64,000 bases of DNA from Spirochaetia bacterium (GTDB lineage Bacteria > Spirochaetota > Spirochaetia > UBA9216), in the NCBI GenBank assembly GCA_963675665.1, contig OY776510.1, positions 4,512,001 to 4,576,000 of the forward strand. Direction: 5' to 3'. The notes beneath the pieces were generated by a model. It was not told the origin of the DNA. It did no database searches and saw only the letters and a program-made list of their open reading frames with translations. A program made the translations under genes and the position numbers. Positions within the stretch are counted from its first letter, which is position 1. Each line of letters opens with the position of its first letter. Positions 9,576 through 18,398 of the stretch are shown in pieces.

Positions 9576-10295
9576 CTAATTTTTTATATAATTTTCAATT
9601 ATTTCTTTCATTAAATCGAAGATAGAAACATCCTTTTCAGAAGCGATTTTAATCAAACTTGAATAGTTTTCAATTTCATCGCCTTGCCAGACCAAAGACA
9701 AACGCCTTTCATTTATTAGTGCAATATGCTCATATTCTTTAGGATCTGCCCAATAACACTTTTTACATATTTCTTCATCCTTTTCATTATTCCAATTATG
9801 ACAATGCTCACAAGACCATGATTTCGCTCTATTACATGAAGCACACAATAAAAGGAAATCATTAATATTTTCTACTTCATAATCATCACCAGAAACTTCA
9901 AAAGGCACTTTATGATCGATTTGAAAGTATCTTATTTCAAGATGAGTGTTACAAACAGCACAAGTTCCTTCATATTTTGCAAATAAATCATTTTTTAATT
10001 TTTTAGAAAAGTTCCTTCTACCTTTCTTATTCTTATTATCAATTTTAGATAAATCACCAAATTTATAAGCTGCTATATTCCTGCCATCAGATGATTTTAC
10101 CTTATATGTTTCTAACGGAATTCCTAATTCTCTAACATCTCGTGCAGCGCGCGGGGGATGATTATAACCATATTTTTTTTCTAATTGTTCAGTTGTAATA
10201 AAACCATTTTCAATAATATGGTCAAGAACCACTCTTGCTCTCTTATTTCTAACATTTCTTATAATTTCTTTTAATTCATCAGGAAAATCTTTCAT
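9576..10295 (-). CDS. HNH type II restriction endonuclease, SphI-like (cassette 3)
   Basis: GYNHPPRAARD; CAVC..QIDHKVP..LCASCNRAKSWSCEHC..C..CYWA. Resembles R.SphI as recalled from memory, not searched. Confidence 0.78.
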   Translation of the reverse strand: MKDFPDELKEIIRNVRNKRARVVLDHIIENGFITTEQLEKKYGYNHPPRAARDVRELGIPLETYKVKSSDGRNIAAYKFGDLSKIDNKNKKGRRNFSKKLKNDLFAKYEGTCAVCNTHLEIRYFQIDHKVPFEVSGDDYEVENINDFLLLCASCNRAKSWSCEHCHNWNNEKDEEICKKCYWADPKEYEHIALINERRLSLVWQGDEIENYSSLIKIASEKDVSIFDLMKEIIENYIKN

Positions 10296-10298
10296 ATC

Positions 10299-11237
10299 TC
10301 ATCCAAATAGCGTCATTTGCTTATTTTCTTTATAAATACTTTTAAAAATAGTATCTTCAATTTCTAATTTATCTATATTAGAGAAAATGTTTTCAGATAA
10401 ATAAATTGATTCATAGGTCATATCAGTGTTATTATTTAGTGTAGCTTGAGATGAACGCCCCACCTCTAATTCTATTCTTTTTAGTTTCAAATGTTCAGGT
10501 AATAATTCTCCATATTTTTTATTACCTAATCTTCCATCATAACTAATAATGTATTTAATATTTTTATCATTTAATATCTCTAAAGATTCTATAAATTCGT
10601 TTCGACCTAATCCATTCATATATCTATTATCTCTTTTATTAGAAACGCCTTCATATGGAGGGTCCATATAAACAAGATCCTTTTCATTTGCTTTAAAAAT
10701 AATATCTCTATAATCGGTACTAAAAATTTCAGTTTTTCCATTCAAAATCGAAGAAGCATTCAATATTTCATTTGCCATTCTCTTTGGATGTTTTCCTTTT
10801 CTTCGATTATCAGGGCTTTGGTTAAATTCGCCTTTTGTATTATATCGTACAGCAGCTTTAACACATCTAGCTAATAAATATAGAAGATATCCAGACTCCT
10901 TTGTCTCATTAAATTTATCTCGAATTAAATTATAATAATTTTTTTCATCACCTAATTGTTCATTCCAGTAATATGAATATTTTTCGATTATATCATTTGG
11001 ATTATTTATTATAGCGCCCCATAAATCCATCAACGGTTTGTTAATATCATTGATTATTACTTTATCAACTTTATTATAATAAAGCGATGCAATACTTATT
11101 GCAGCTGATCCAGCAAATGGCTCTATCAATGAATGTATGTTGTTTGGGTAGTAATCTATTATAGTTTGTGCTAACGCTCTTTTACTACCCTGATATGGTA
11201 TAGGTTGTGGCATCTTCATAATCTTATTATATCCCAT
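10299..11237 (-). CDS. DNA adenine methyltransferase (Dam/D12 class), partner of the HNH REase
   Basis: PIPYQGSKR, EPFAGS, INDIN and YMDPPY motifs; real start may be the ATG at 11219. Confidence 0.92.
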   Translation of the reverse strand: MGYNKIMKMPQPIPYQGSKRALAQTIIDYYPNNIHSLIEPFAGSAAISIASLYYNKVDKVIINDINKPLMDLWGAIINNPNDIIEKYSYYWNEQLGDEKNYYNLIRDKFNETKESGYLLYLLARCVKAAVRYNTKGEFNQSPDNRRKGKHPKRMANEILNASSILNGKTEIFSTDYRDIIFKANEKDLVYMDPPYEGVSNKRDNRYMNGLGRNEFIESLEILNDKNIKYIISYDGRLGNKKYGELLPEHLKLKRIELEVGRSSQATLNNNTDMTYESIYLSENIFSNIDKLEIEDTIFKSIYKENKQMTLFG

Positions 11238-11294
11238 ATTTTACTATTTTGCACTACACAAATGTTAACCTAATACATTTTCTCCAAGTATTCT

Positions 11295-11433
11295 ACATAA
11301 CGACGAAATAAGTAGCGAAATCGTTCCGCGTCTTCGCGGAATTGGCGCGATTCTGGAGAGAGGGCCATTGCCCGAACGTCTTTAGCCAGAATCGTGACAA
11401 TAGATTTTGACTACTTCATTTCTCTTGTTATCA
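11295..11433 (-). repeat. attC site, subtype B
   Basis: ACATAAC...GTTATCA; arms gaaat-aagtag / ctactt-c-atttc. Confidence 0.9.
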
Positions 11434-11567
11434 AGAGCTTTTTTCTTAATATTCTTTTCTTCTTTCTTTATCTCTTCTATTTCTTATTTCCCACTTTTTC
11501 GCTTCCACTGGGGTTATTATACTCCTTGTTTCACTTCCATTGGGATTTAAAATTTCTTATTTCTTTC

Positions 11568-12020
11568 TTAATATCTAGAATTCTCTTTTTTCCATTCCAT
11601 TATATATTCTTGTTCTCCAGTATCATTATCAATTGATTCTGATATTATTCTAAAATCTTTTTTCTTATAAAATTCTATGCTTTTTACATTCTTTTTATAT
11701 ACTTTTAATTGTATTCTCTTTCGAATTTCTTTCACATGATTTATTAATTCACTACCAATTCCTAAACCTTGCATATTTGTCCTTATAAAGATTGCCGCAA
11801 GATATTCATCCATCATGGATACAAATCCCAAAAGTGTATTATTATTTTTAGCGATGTAAGTTTCAGACATTGGAATATATTTTTCTTTCATCTGCGATTT
11901 ATTTTCATTCCAATATTCATCCGGAATAAAATCATGTGCTTTTATTGATGACTCATACCAAATTTCAATTATTTCATCTAAATCCTTATCACTTAATTTT
12001 TGCATTCTTATATCTTTCAA
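11568..12020 (-). CDS. GNAT N-acetyltransferase (YiaC/YjaB-like), cassette 2
   Basis: AHDFIPDEYW, MQGLGIGSELI and LKVYKKN..SIEFY motifs. Confidence 0.88.
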   Translation of the reverse strand: MKDIRMQKLSDKDLDEIIEIWYESSIKAHDFIPDEYWNENKSQMKEKYIPMSETYIAKNNNTLLGFVSMMDEYLAAIFIRTNMQGLGIGSELINHVKEIRKRIQLKVYKKNVKSIEFYKKKDFRIISESIDNDTGEQEYIMEWKKENSRY

Positions 12021-12198
12021 ATAATTTCCTCATGAAATCTTTTTTATTTACGAAGTCTCTATTCCCCGCCCTAATGCTCGCTCCCACTGGTGTTTTCCTT
12101 TCAGTTTAACTTCCACTAGATTCTTCCGATTCGTTCCCCAAACGTTACTCATTTCCATTACTTTTATTCAATCATTTTTCAACTACAATTCTGGTTCT

Positions 12199-12340
12199 TG
12201 ATAACGACAATTTTAGCTGCCTGGCGGCGCGAGTCTTTCGAGCACATTGGCGTGATTCTGGAGTGGAGCGCGATCAGCGCGAAACGTCTTTAGCCAGAAT
12301 CATGACAATAGCCAGGACTGCTACAAATTTCATGTTTTGT
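12199..12340 (-). repeat. attC site, subtype A
   Basis: TGATAAC...GTTTTGT; outer arms identical to 936-1078, inner stem closer to subtype B. Confidence 0.9.
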
Positions 12341-12823
12341 GTAACGGCCCCATACTCACTACTTTCATCTACATTCATAATTATCCTTTTTCTTACTTTG
12401 CCCCTTCTTTACCCAGCGTTCTCGCTGGGTTCATCCCAATTAATCATACAACGATTTCCTCTTTGTAGGTATTTTTATTTTTAAACAATAACTACTGTTC
12501 TGTTTCTTAACATTTTACTTCTTCATTTCCGTAATATTCATTTTAAACATTTGGCCGCTAAAATTTTACGCAGGTTAGCTGTGATTTTTTTGAGAAGCTT
12601 AAAATAGGACATAGATACGAATACGTTTCACGTCGGAGGTTATGGGAAACTATCGAAAACAGGATGATTAACTCCATAAACTTCTTTATTCAACCTGCAA
12701 ATTATTGTTCTATCAAAGAACTAAATCAAATATTTTCTTTTTAATATGTTTTTCACTTATGTGTCATTTTAAACGGGAACCGTATAAAATCTTTATTTTA
12801 GCCTAATTCTCTTTTACACAAAA
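12205..12823 (-). mobile_element. ORF-less integron cassette A, first position in the array
   Basis: Third copy of the cassette; abuts attI. Confidence 0.88.
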
Positions 12824-12860
12824 CATATTATATTAAGTTGTTTTACCTATAAAAACTACC
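12818..12860 (-). other. attI site (crossover G/TT at 12824/12823)
   Basis: Cassette homology ends at ...AATATAATATG/TTTTGTG with no attC beyond it; lies between the array and the intI start. Its outer extent is a guess. Confidence 0.7.
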
Positions 12861-13040
12861 AGCTTATCCTATCATTCCAGTATATAACACCGATATTTCC
12901 CTTGATAAACGGCTGAGGTAATAAAACTTTACATACTTTTCTATATAACTCAGTATAACTTATCTTATAAGTAGTTTAATCCAGTTTCTTGAGAATTTGA
13001 AATTCTTTTATCTAATCGATAAATTTTTAAATCAGAAAAT

Positions 13041-14318
13041 ATGAACTCAGGTATTAAATATATGATGAAGAATAGAATTGATGATACTGTGATTTTGGAC
13101 CGGTTCAAGACTCATTTAATTAACAACACAGGTATGGAACAAAGATATATTGAACATTATCTTAAATGGATTGCGCTGTATCTGAATGAACAGGTAAAGT
13201 CCACTAAACAGTTAAGTGCAATAGCATTCAGTAATGATTTGGCGCTGAGTAATAAATATGCTGACTAGCAGATAAAACAAGCAAAAACAGCAGTTAATTT
13301 GTTCATTCAGTTCCGAAGTTCAAATTATTCCATTCCCAAACCGATAATAAAAGCCGATGTTTGCTGGGAACAATTAAAAGAACAAAATCGGAGACAACTT
13401 CGATTGATGCACAAGTCACTTCAAACGGAAAAAACATATCAGCGCTGGCTTGTTGATTTTATTACATATACAGAGACGTCTGCTGATTTGATATCAGCAG
13501 ACGATCTAAAGCGTTACCTTACCTATCTCGCGGTTAAAAGAAAGGTTGCGCAAGCTACTCAAAAGCAGGCATTCAATGCTCTTCTTTTCTTTTACCGACA
13601 TATACTTCACATACGTATTGAAAATCTTGATGGAACAATTATGTCAAAACAATCTTCAAGGCTTCCTCTGGTTTTAACCAGGAATGAAGTAAAACGAGTT
13701 CTATACCAGTTGAAGGATCCATATTTACTAATGGCTGAGCTGATATATGGAAGCGGGATACGATTGAATGAATGCCTGAATTTAAGAATTAAAGATCTTG
13801 ATTTTGAACGGGGAAGCTTGTTGATACTATCCGGTAAAGGAAATAAAGACAGACTGACTCTTATGCCGGAAAAAATAAAGACTAGAATTTCAAAACATCT
13901 CAATTGTGTCAAATCTTTGTATGAAGCTGATCGTCAGAATAATATCTCGGGCGTTATGCTTCCTGATGCCCTGTGTAGAAAATATCCGAATGCATCAACA
14001 ACCTGGTCTTGGTTCTGGGTATTTCCTTCTCACAAACTTTCTATAGATCCCTATTCAAATACGGTTCGAAGATTTCATATATATCCGAGTACTTTGCAAA
14101 AGGCTTTTAAGACAGCAGTTTCCTCCTCCGGCATCACCAAAAATGCAAGCATTCATACTTTGCGGCATAGTTTTGCCACCAGCCTGATTGAAGCAGGATA
14201 TGACATAAGGACTATTCAGGAGCTCCTCGGGCATTCGGATCTTAGTACCACAATGATCTATACTCATGTAGCGAATAAAAACAAACTTGGCGTGAAGAGC
14301 CCGTTTGACAGTCTCTGA
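13041..14318 (+). pseudogene. intI: Integron integrase IntI with N-terminal extension, interrupted by an in-frame TAG at 13266-13268; the downstream 339-aa portion is intact
   Basis: ORFs 13041-13268 and 13299-14318 share a frame (KYAD*QIKQA). Tyrosine-recombinase residues GIRLNE, GKGNK, HTLRHSFAT, LGH and TMIYTH are present, as is the IntI-specific insert LPDALCRKYPNA..W.WFWVFPS. Confidence 0.9.
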
Positions 14319-14322
14319 TTCT

Positions 14323-14353
14323 TAAAATCCCCTTAACGTATAAGGGGATTTTA
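14323..14353. terminator. Bidirectional intrinsic terminator
   Basis: TAAAATCCCCTTA-acgta-TAAGGGGATTTTA between convergent genes. Confidence 0.8.
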
Positions 14354-14371
14354 GATTTTTTTTAAGATTAA

Positions 14372-15736
14372 CTATAACTGCTTTATAATCTGTTCAGAAG
14401 CCAGGACAAGACCATTTGCTGCAGGAAAGAATGACTGATAGGGCTGTGAAGAATAACTCAATGCGCTCAAATCTTCAATTGTTGAATCCTTTTGTATTGC
14501 AAATGTGATTAAATCAATCACCGATGTTACCGGTTCGCCGCTGACAATCTGACCGCCTATTATTTTCCCTGTCCGTTTATCAACAATAATTTTTAAATTC
14601 ATCTTTTTGGCTTCAGGCATAATGGGAAACTGGGTAGTTACTTCACTGTATCCTGAAATAACATCATAACCGGCTTTTAATGCAGCAGCCTCACTCAACC
14701 CGGTTCCTCCGACAAAATACCTGCCAACTTTAGTCGCCGCCCCGTTATAGAATCCGGGATATCTTCTGGTTCCTCCAAGAAGATTAAAACCGAGCACTTT
14801 TGCCATCGGTACAGCATTGGTTGCCAGCTTTCCGGGATGTACTCCGCAGGTTATACCGCTTTTAAATTGAGTGCAATCTCCAACTGCATATACATCAGCC
14901 ATTGATGTTTCCATTCTGTCATTTACAATAATGCCGCCGCGGCCCAGTTCAATATCGCTCTTTTCAACCAGTTCAACCTGGGGTTTCATTCCGGCAGCAA
15001 AAATTACTATTCCGTCATGAGTAAAATTTTCAGCGATTGTGCATTCGTCTTTTGCATCAAAATGAATAGTTTTCCCATTATCCAGATTAACATGTTCAAC
15101 CCATTCCTTGCCATCAAGAGAAATAACTTTTGCATTCAGATGCAGTTTAACTCCTTTCTGAATTATTTCCGCTTCTATATCATCGGTCATCTCTTTATCA
15201 ACAAGATTGGGCAGAACCGAGCTTCCCATATCTACCAGATGAACTTCAAGACCTGCATCGGTTAAGGCTTGCGCAAGCTCAATTCCTATTGCTCCGGCAC
15301 CAACTACAACCGCTTTTTTTAAACCTTCGGAAATCATCGTTTTGATTGCTTTAAGATCCGTTTCGGTTTTAAACCCGCTCACACCTTTTAACTCATTTCC
15401 GGGAACCGGCGGGATTACCGGCGTTGCTCCTGTAGCAAGAACAAGTTTTTTATAAGTAAGTTCAGTATTGGTACTGAGCTTTACCGTTTTATTATTAAAA
15501 TCTATTTCAACAACTTCAGCTCTAATCAACTCTGCTCCGCTGCCTGTCACAAGGGTATCTTTTTTAAGGGTTTTTTCAGTATCAATTAACCCTTCAATCA
15601 CATACGGCATTGCACAATAGATCATAGAATAATCTTCCGGTCTTATAACTGCCATCTTCAATTTTCCGCCAAGCATTTTGGCAAGTGTTATACCTGCCGG
15701 ACCGCCGCCGATTACGATTAATTCAAAGTAACTCAT
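14372..15736 (-). CDS. FAD-dependent pyridine nucleotide-disulfide oxidoreductase (NADH oxidase/CoA-disulfide reductase family)
   Basis: GGGPAG, YCAMPY (redox Cys), LATGA, GAGAIG and YAVGDC. Confidence 0.88.
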   Translation of the reverse strand: MSYFELIVIGGGPAGITLAKMLGGKLKMAVIRPEDYSMIYCAMPYVIEGLIDTEKTLKKDTLVTGSGAELIRAEVVEIDFNNKTVKLSTNTELTYKKLVLATGATPVIPPVPGNELKGVSGFKTETDLKAIKTMISEGLKKAVVVGAGAIGIELAQALTDAGLEVHLVDMGSSVLPNLVDKEMTDDIEAEIIQKGVKLHLNAKVISLDGKEWVEHVNLDNGKTIHFDAKDECTIAENFTHDGIVIFAAGMKPQVELVEKSDIELGRGGIIVNDRMETSMADVYAVGDCTQFKSGITCGVHPGKLATNAVPMAKVLGFNLLGGTRRYPGFYNGAATKVGRYFVGGTGLSEAAALKAGYDVISGYSEVTTQFPIMPEAKKMNLKIIVDKRTGKIIGGQIVSGEPVTSVIDLITFAIQKDSTIEDLSALSYSSQPYQSFFPAANGLVLASEQIIKQL

Positions 15737-15911
15737 TTAATCTCTCCTTGATATTTTTTCCTGTCACTAATTTATTAAGGGATTTTATGTAAATAAAGGT
15801 AATGCACATATGCTCATAAGTCAAGCTCTATATATAATTATTTTTATATAAAATATTTGACACATTTTGAATAATAACGTATATTAATTTTTATTATATA
15901 GGAGTTTATTT

Positions 15912-16310
15912 ATGTTGGTAGTTGGAATTATTGCTGGTGTTATCATTCTTTTTTTCGGGTTTCAATACCTGACAATACTCAGAATGAAATTAAAAAAGGG
16001 AAAGCCCGCCCCAAACCTTTCCGGCGTGTACGGAAAAGCCGTAAATAACAAAAAAACATCAGTCTTTTATTTTTACAGCCCCCATTGCGGCGCCTGCAAG
16101 GTTATGACTCCGGTTGTCGAACGTTATACTAAAAACAACCCGCGGTGCTTTAAAATTGATATCTCGAAAGACAGTTCTACAGCTTCCGCTTTCGGGATAA
16201 TGGCAACACCGTCTACTGCGGTTATAGAAAACGGAGTGATCAAGGATTTCATCGTCGGCGCAAAACCTCAATCGGACCTGGTTCAGCTTCTGGAGCAGAC
16301 AAGGCTCTGA
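15912..16310 (+). CDS. Membrane-anchored thioredoxin-family protein
   Basis: N-terminal TM helix, CGAC motif, cis-Pro ATP motif. Confidence 0.85.
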   Translation: MLVVGIIAGVIILFFGFQYLTILRMKLKKGKPAPNLSGVYGKAVNNKKTSVFYFYSPHCGACKVMTPVVERYTKNNPRCFKIDISKDSSTASAFGIMATPSTAVIENGVIKDFIVGAKPQSDLVQLLEQTRL

Positions 16311-16343
16311 TTATGCAAGGCCTTCAGCTGTAGCCTGCAGATA

Positions 16344-16859
16344 CTATTCTACGAGGAATCCACGTTTACGTAAAAGTTCGATCGCACGATTCAGTTTTCC
16401 ATTGTCCCGTGCGGTAATAGTGTGAAGATGGATTCCTCCGGTCATCTCCGAGAGCAGCACTGCATTACTGCTTTTTACCTGCTCAAGAAAACTGTTTACA
16501 TCGTCCCTGCAGGCAAGATGCAGGTATCCCCGTATTTCTCCGTAAATATCATGTTCAACAATTACATCAAGAACTTCTGCTCCCGAATCAACTATTGTAT
16601 AAAGTTCTTCTTCGGTTTCTTCAGGTTTATGGCAGAGTGCAATTACCGCTTTCGGGCTGTCGGATTCTGTTATATGAAGTCTGTAACCCCTCGGGCCAGC
16701 TTGAATATCTGCTCCCGAAGCTCTTAATACCGCCATATCCTGAACAATAACCTGACGGCTGACATTGTTTTCTGTAGCCAGATCTGATCCTGTTACAGGT
16801 TCTGCACTTTCAATGAGTCTTCTTTTTATCCTGTTTCTTCGTTCCTCTGAACTTACCAT
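16344..16859 (-). CDS. niaR: Niacin-responsive repressor NiaR (HTH + 3H domain)
   Basis: VSRQVIVQD, HKPE, VEHDIYGEI and GIHLHT motifs; last gene of the nad operon. Confidence 0.92.
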   Translation of the reverse strand: MVSSEERRNRIKRRLIESAEPVTGSDLATENNVSRQVIVQDMAVLRASGADIQAGPRGYRLHITESDSPKAVIALCHKPEETEEELYTIVDSGAEVLDVIVEHDIYGEIRGYLHLACRDDVNSFLEQVKSSNAVLLSEMTGGIHLHTITARDNGKLNRAIELLRKRGFLVE

Positions 16860-16872
16860 TACGCCTCCCCGT

Positions 16873-18396
16873 CTATGGTACTATAAAATGACAGCCTCGG
16901 CTAACCTTATTTTTTGATGCCGCTTCCGCAATAAGAACAGCTGCTGAACTCATGTTTCTCAGACCGGCGGTTTCAGCTGACGGCCCGGTTCGGCGGTATA
17001 TCTCTTCAGCGGAAACCTGAAGCGCCCTTAATTCGGAGACTGCTTCATTCAGCTTTGGAGACTCCCTGATAATGCCGACCTTTTCCCACATTACAGTCCT
17101 TATTCTACTTTCTATTTTCTGAATCTGCGGAAACATTTCCTTGACTTTATTATTAATTTTATGGATAAACGGAACAGGATCTGACGTGGCTTGTTTTCGA
17201 TCCTGCATGTTTTCAGCAATGTGTTCCGCTGCCCTTTCCGCCCATACTATACCTTCCAGCAGAGAAGTGCTTGCCAGTCGGTTTGCACCGTGCAGCCCGG
17301 TGCAACTGCATTCGCCAAGGGCATACAGCCCCTTTACAGTGGTTTCAGCACAGTTGTCGACATGAACTCCTCCGCAGGAAAAATGAGCCGCCGGGGCAAC
17401 TGGGAGAAGTTCCCTTGTTATATCAATACCGTACTGCATACAGCGTTTGTATATTGTGGGAAAGCCGTAGATGATTTGTCGGGACGAAATATAGTCAAAG
17501 AAATTAAGATATACATTTGATGTGCGATTATTTTCCATTTCCGCACCGACGGCACGGGTGACGACATCCCGCGGCGCCAAATCCTGCCAGAGAGGATCAT
17601 ATTTACGCATAAACGGAACGTTATCAGCAGTCACCAGTCTGGCTCCGGCCCCCCGTGCGGCTTCCGAGATTAAAAAAGACTCAACGCCGGGCAAAGCCAG
17701 AGCTGTCGGGTGAAACTGGATATATTCCAGATCCCTGAGCAGGGCTCCGGCCCTGTGAGCCATAGCAATACCGGTTCCATTTGTGCCGCAGGGATTACTC
17801 GTACGTGAGTACAGGGTCCCGGAGCCGCCCGTTGCGAGTATTGTAGAGTCGGAGTGTATTGCCCCGGGGTTCCCGCTGCTGTCTATTATTTCGGCGCCGG
17901 AACATGCTCCGCCTGAAACGTATAAATCAACAACCGTGCAGCCGGTCAGCGGGTTAATCAGCGGGTGTTTTATAATCTCCGCCTGCATAGCCTTCATAAT
18001 TACGCTGCCGGTTGCATCACGGCTGTGAATAATCCGGGCGCAGCTATGCGCAGCTTCTTTCGTAAAAGAGAGATTTCCGTCGGATGTTCGATCAAAACAA
18101 ACTTTAAGCCTTTGAAGAAGCAGCCTTTCAACAACATCCGGACCGGTTCGGGCAAGCATGTTGATAATTTCGCGATCTCCGCATTGCGCACCCGCCTGCC
18201 AGATATCGCCGGCAAGGATCTGAGGATTGTCGGCCTTTCCCCTGTATACTATTCCGCCCTGCGCCTGATAACTTGATGTCTCTTCGGGCGATTGGGAAGA
18301 ACTGACAATCGTAACGGGAATACCGCGATCAGCAAGCCCCAGCGCAGCCGCACATCCTGCTATCCCGCTTCCGATTATTAAAACGCGGGCTTTCAA
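16873..18396 (-). CDS. nadB: L-aspartate oxidase
   Basis: AQGGI, EAAHS..RI.H, QFHPT, LISEA.RG, LAPRDVV and GLHGANRLASTSLLE. Confidence 0.95.
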   Translation of the reverse strand: MKARVLIIGSGIAGCAAALGLADRGIPVTIVSSSQSPEETSSYQAQGGIVYRGKADNPQILAGDIWQAGAQCGDREIINMLARTGPDVVERLLLQRLKVCFDRTSDGNLSFTKEAAHSCARIIHSRDATGSVIMKAMQAEIIKHPLINPLTGCTVVDLYVSGGACSGAEIIDSSGNPGAIHSDSTILATGGSGTLYSRTSNPCGTNGTGIAMAHRAGALLRDLEYIQFHPTALALPGVESFLISEAARGAGARLVTADNVPFMRKYDPLWQDLAPRDVVTRAVGAEMENNRTSNVYLNFFDYISSRQIIYGFPTIYKRCMQYGIDITRELLPVAPAAHFSCGGVHVDNCAETTVKGLYALGECSCTGLHGANRLASTSLLEGIVWAERAAEHIAENMQDRKQATSDPVPFIHKINNKVKEMFPQIQKIESRIRTVMWEKVGIIRESPKLNEAVSELRALQVSAEEIYRRTGPSAETAGLRNMSSAAVLIAEAASKNKVSRGCHFIVP

Positions 18397-18398
18397 AT

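Noticed and set aside
936-12340. Regularly recurring palindromic repeats as a CRISPR array
   Set aside because: Repeats are 134-143 bp, separated by 0.5-3.7 kb gene-bearing units, with AAC/GTT cores and an adjacent intI; no cas genes.
12861-13040. Pc promoter or LexA box upstream of intI (TATAACT direct repeat near 12944-12960)
   Set aside because: AT-rich region with several weak candidates; none can be supported from sequence alone.
13266-13268. Amber recoding (pyrrolysine or alternative code) in intI
   Set aside because: TAG is the normal stop of several genes here (e.g. nadB, niaR, the oxidoreductase ending at 14372), and no pyl genes are in view.
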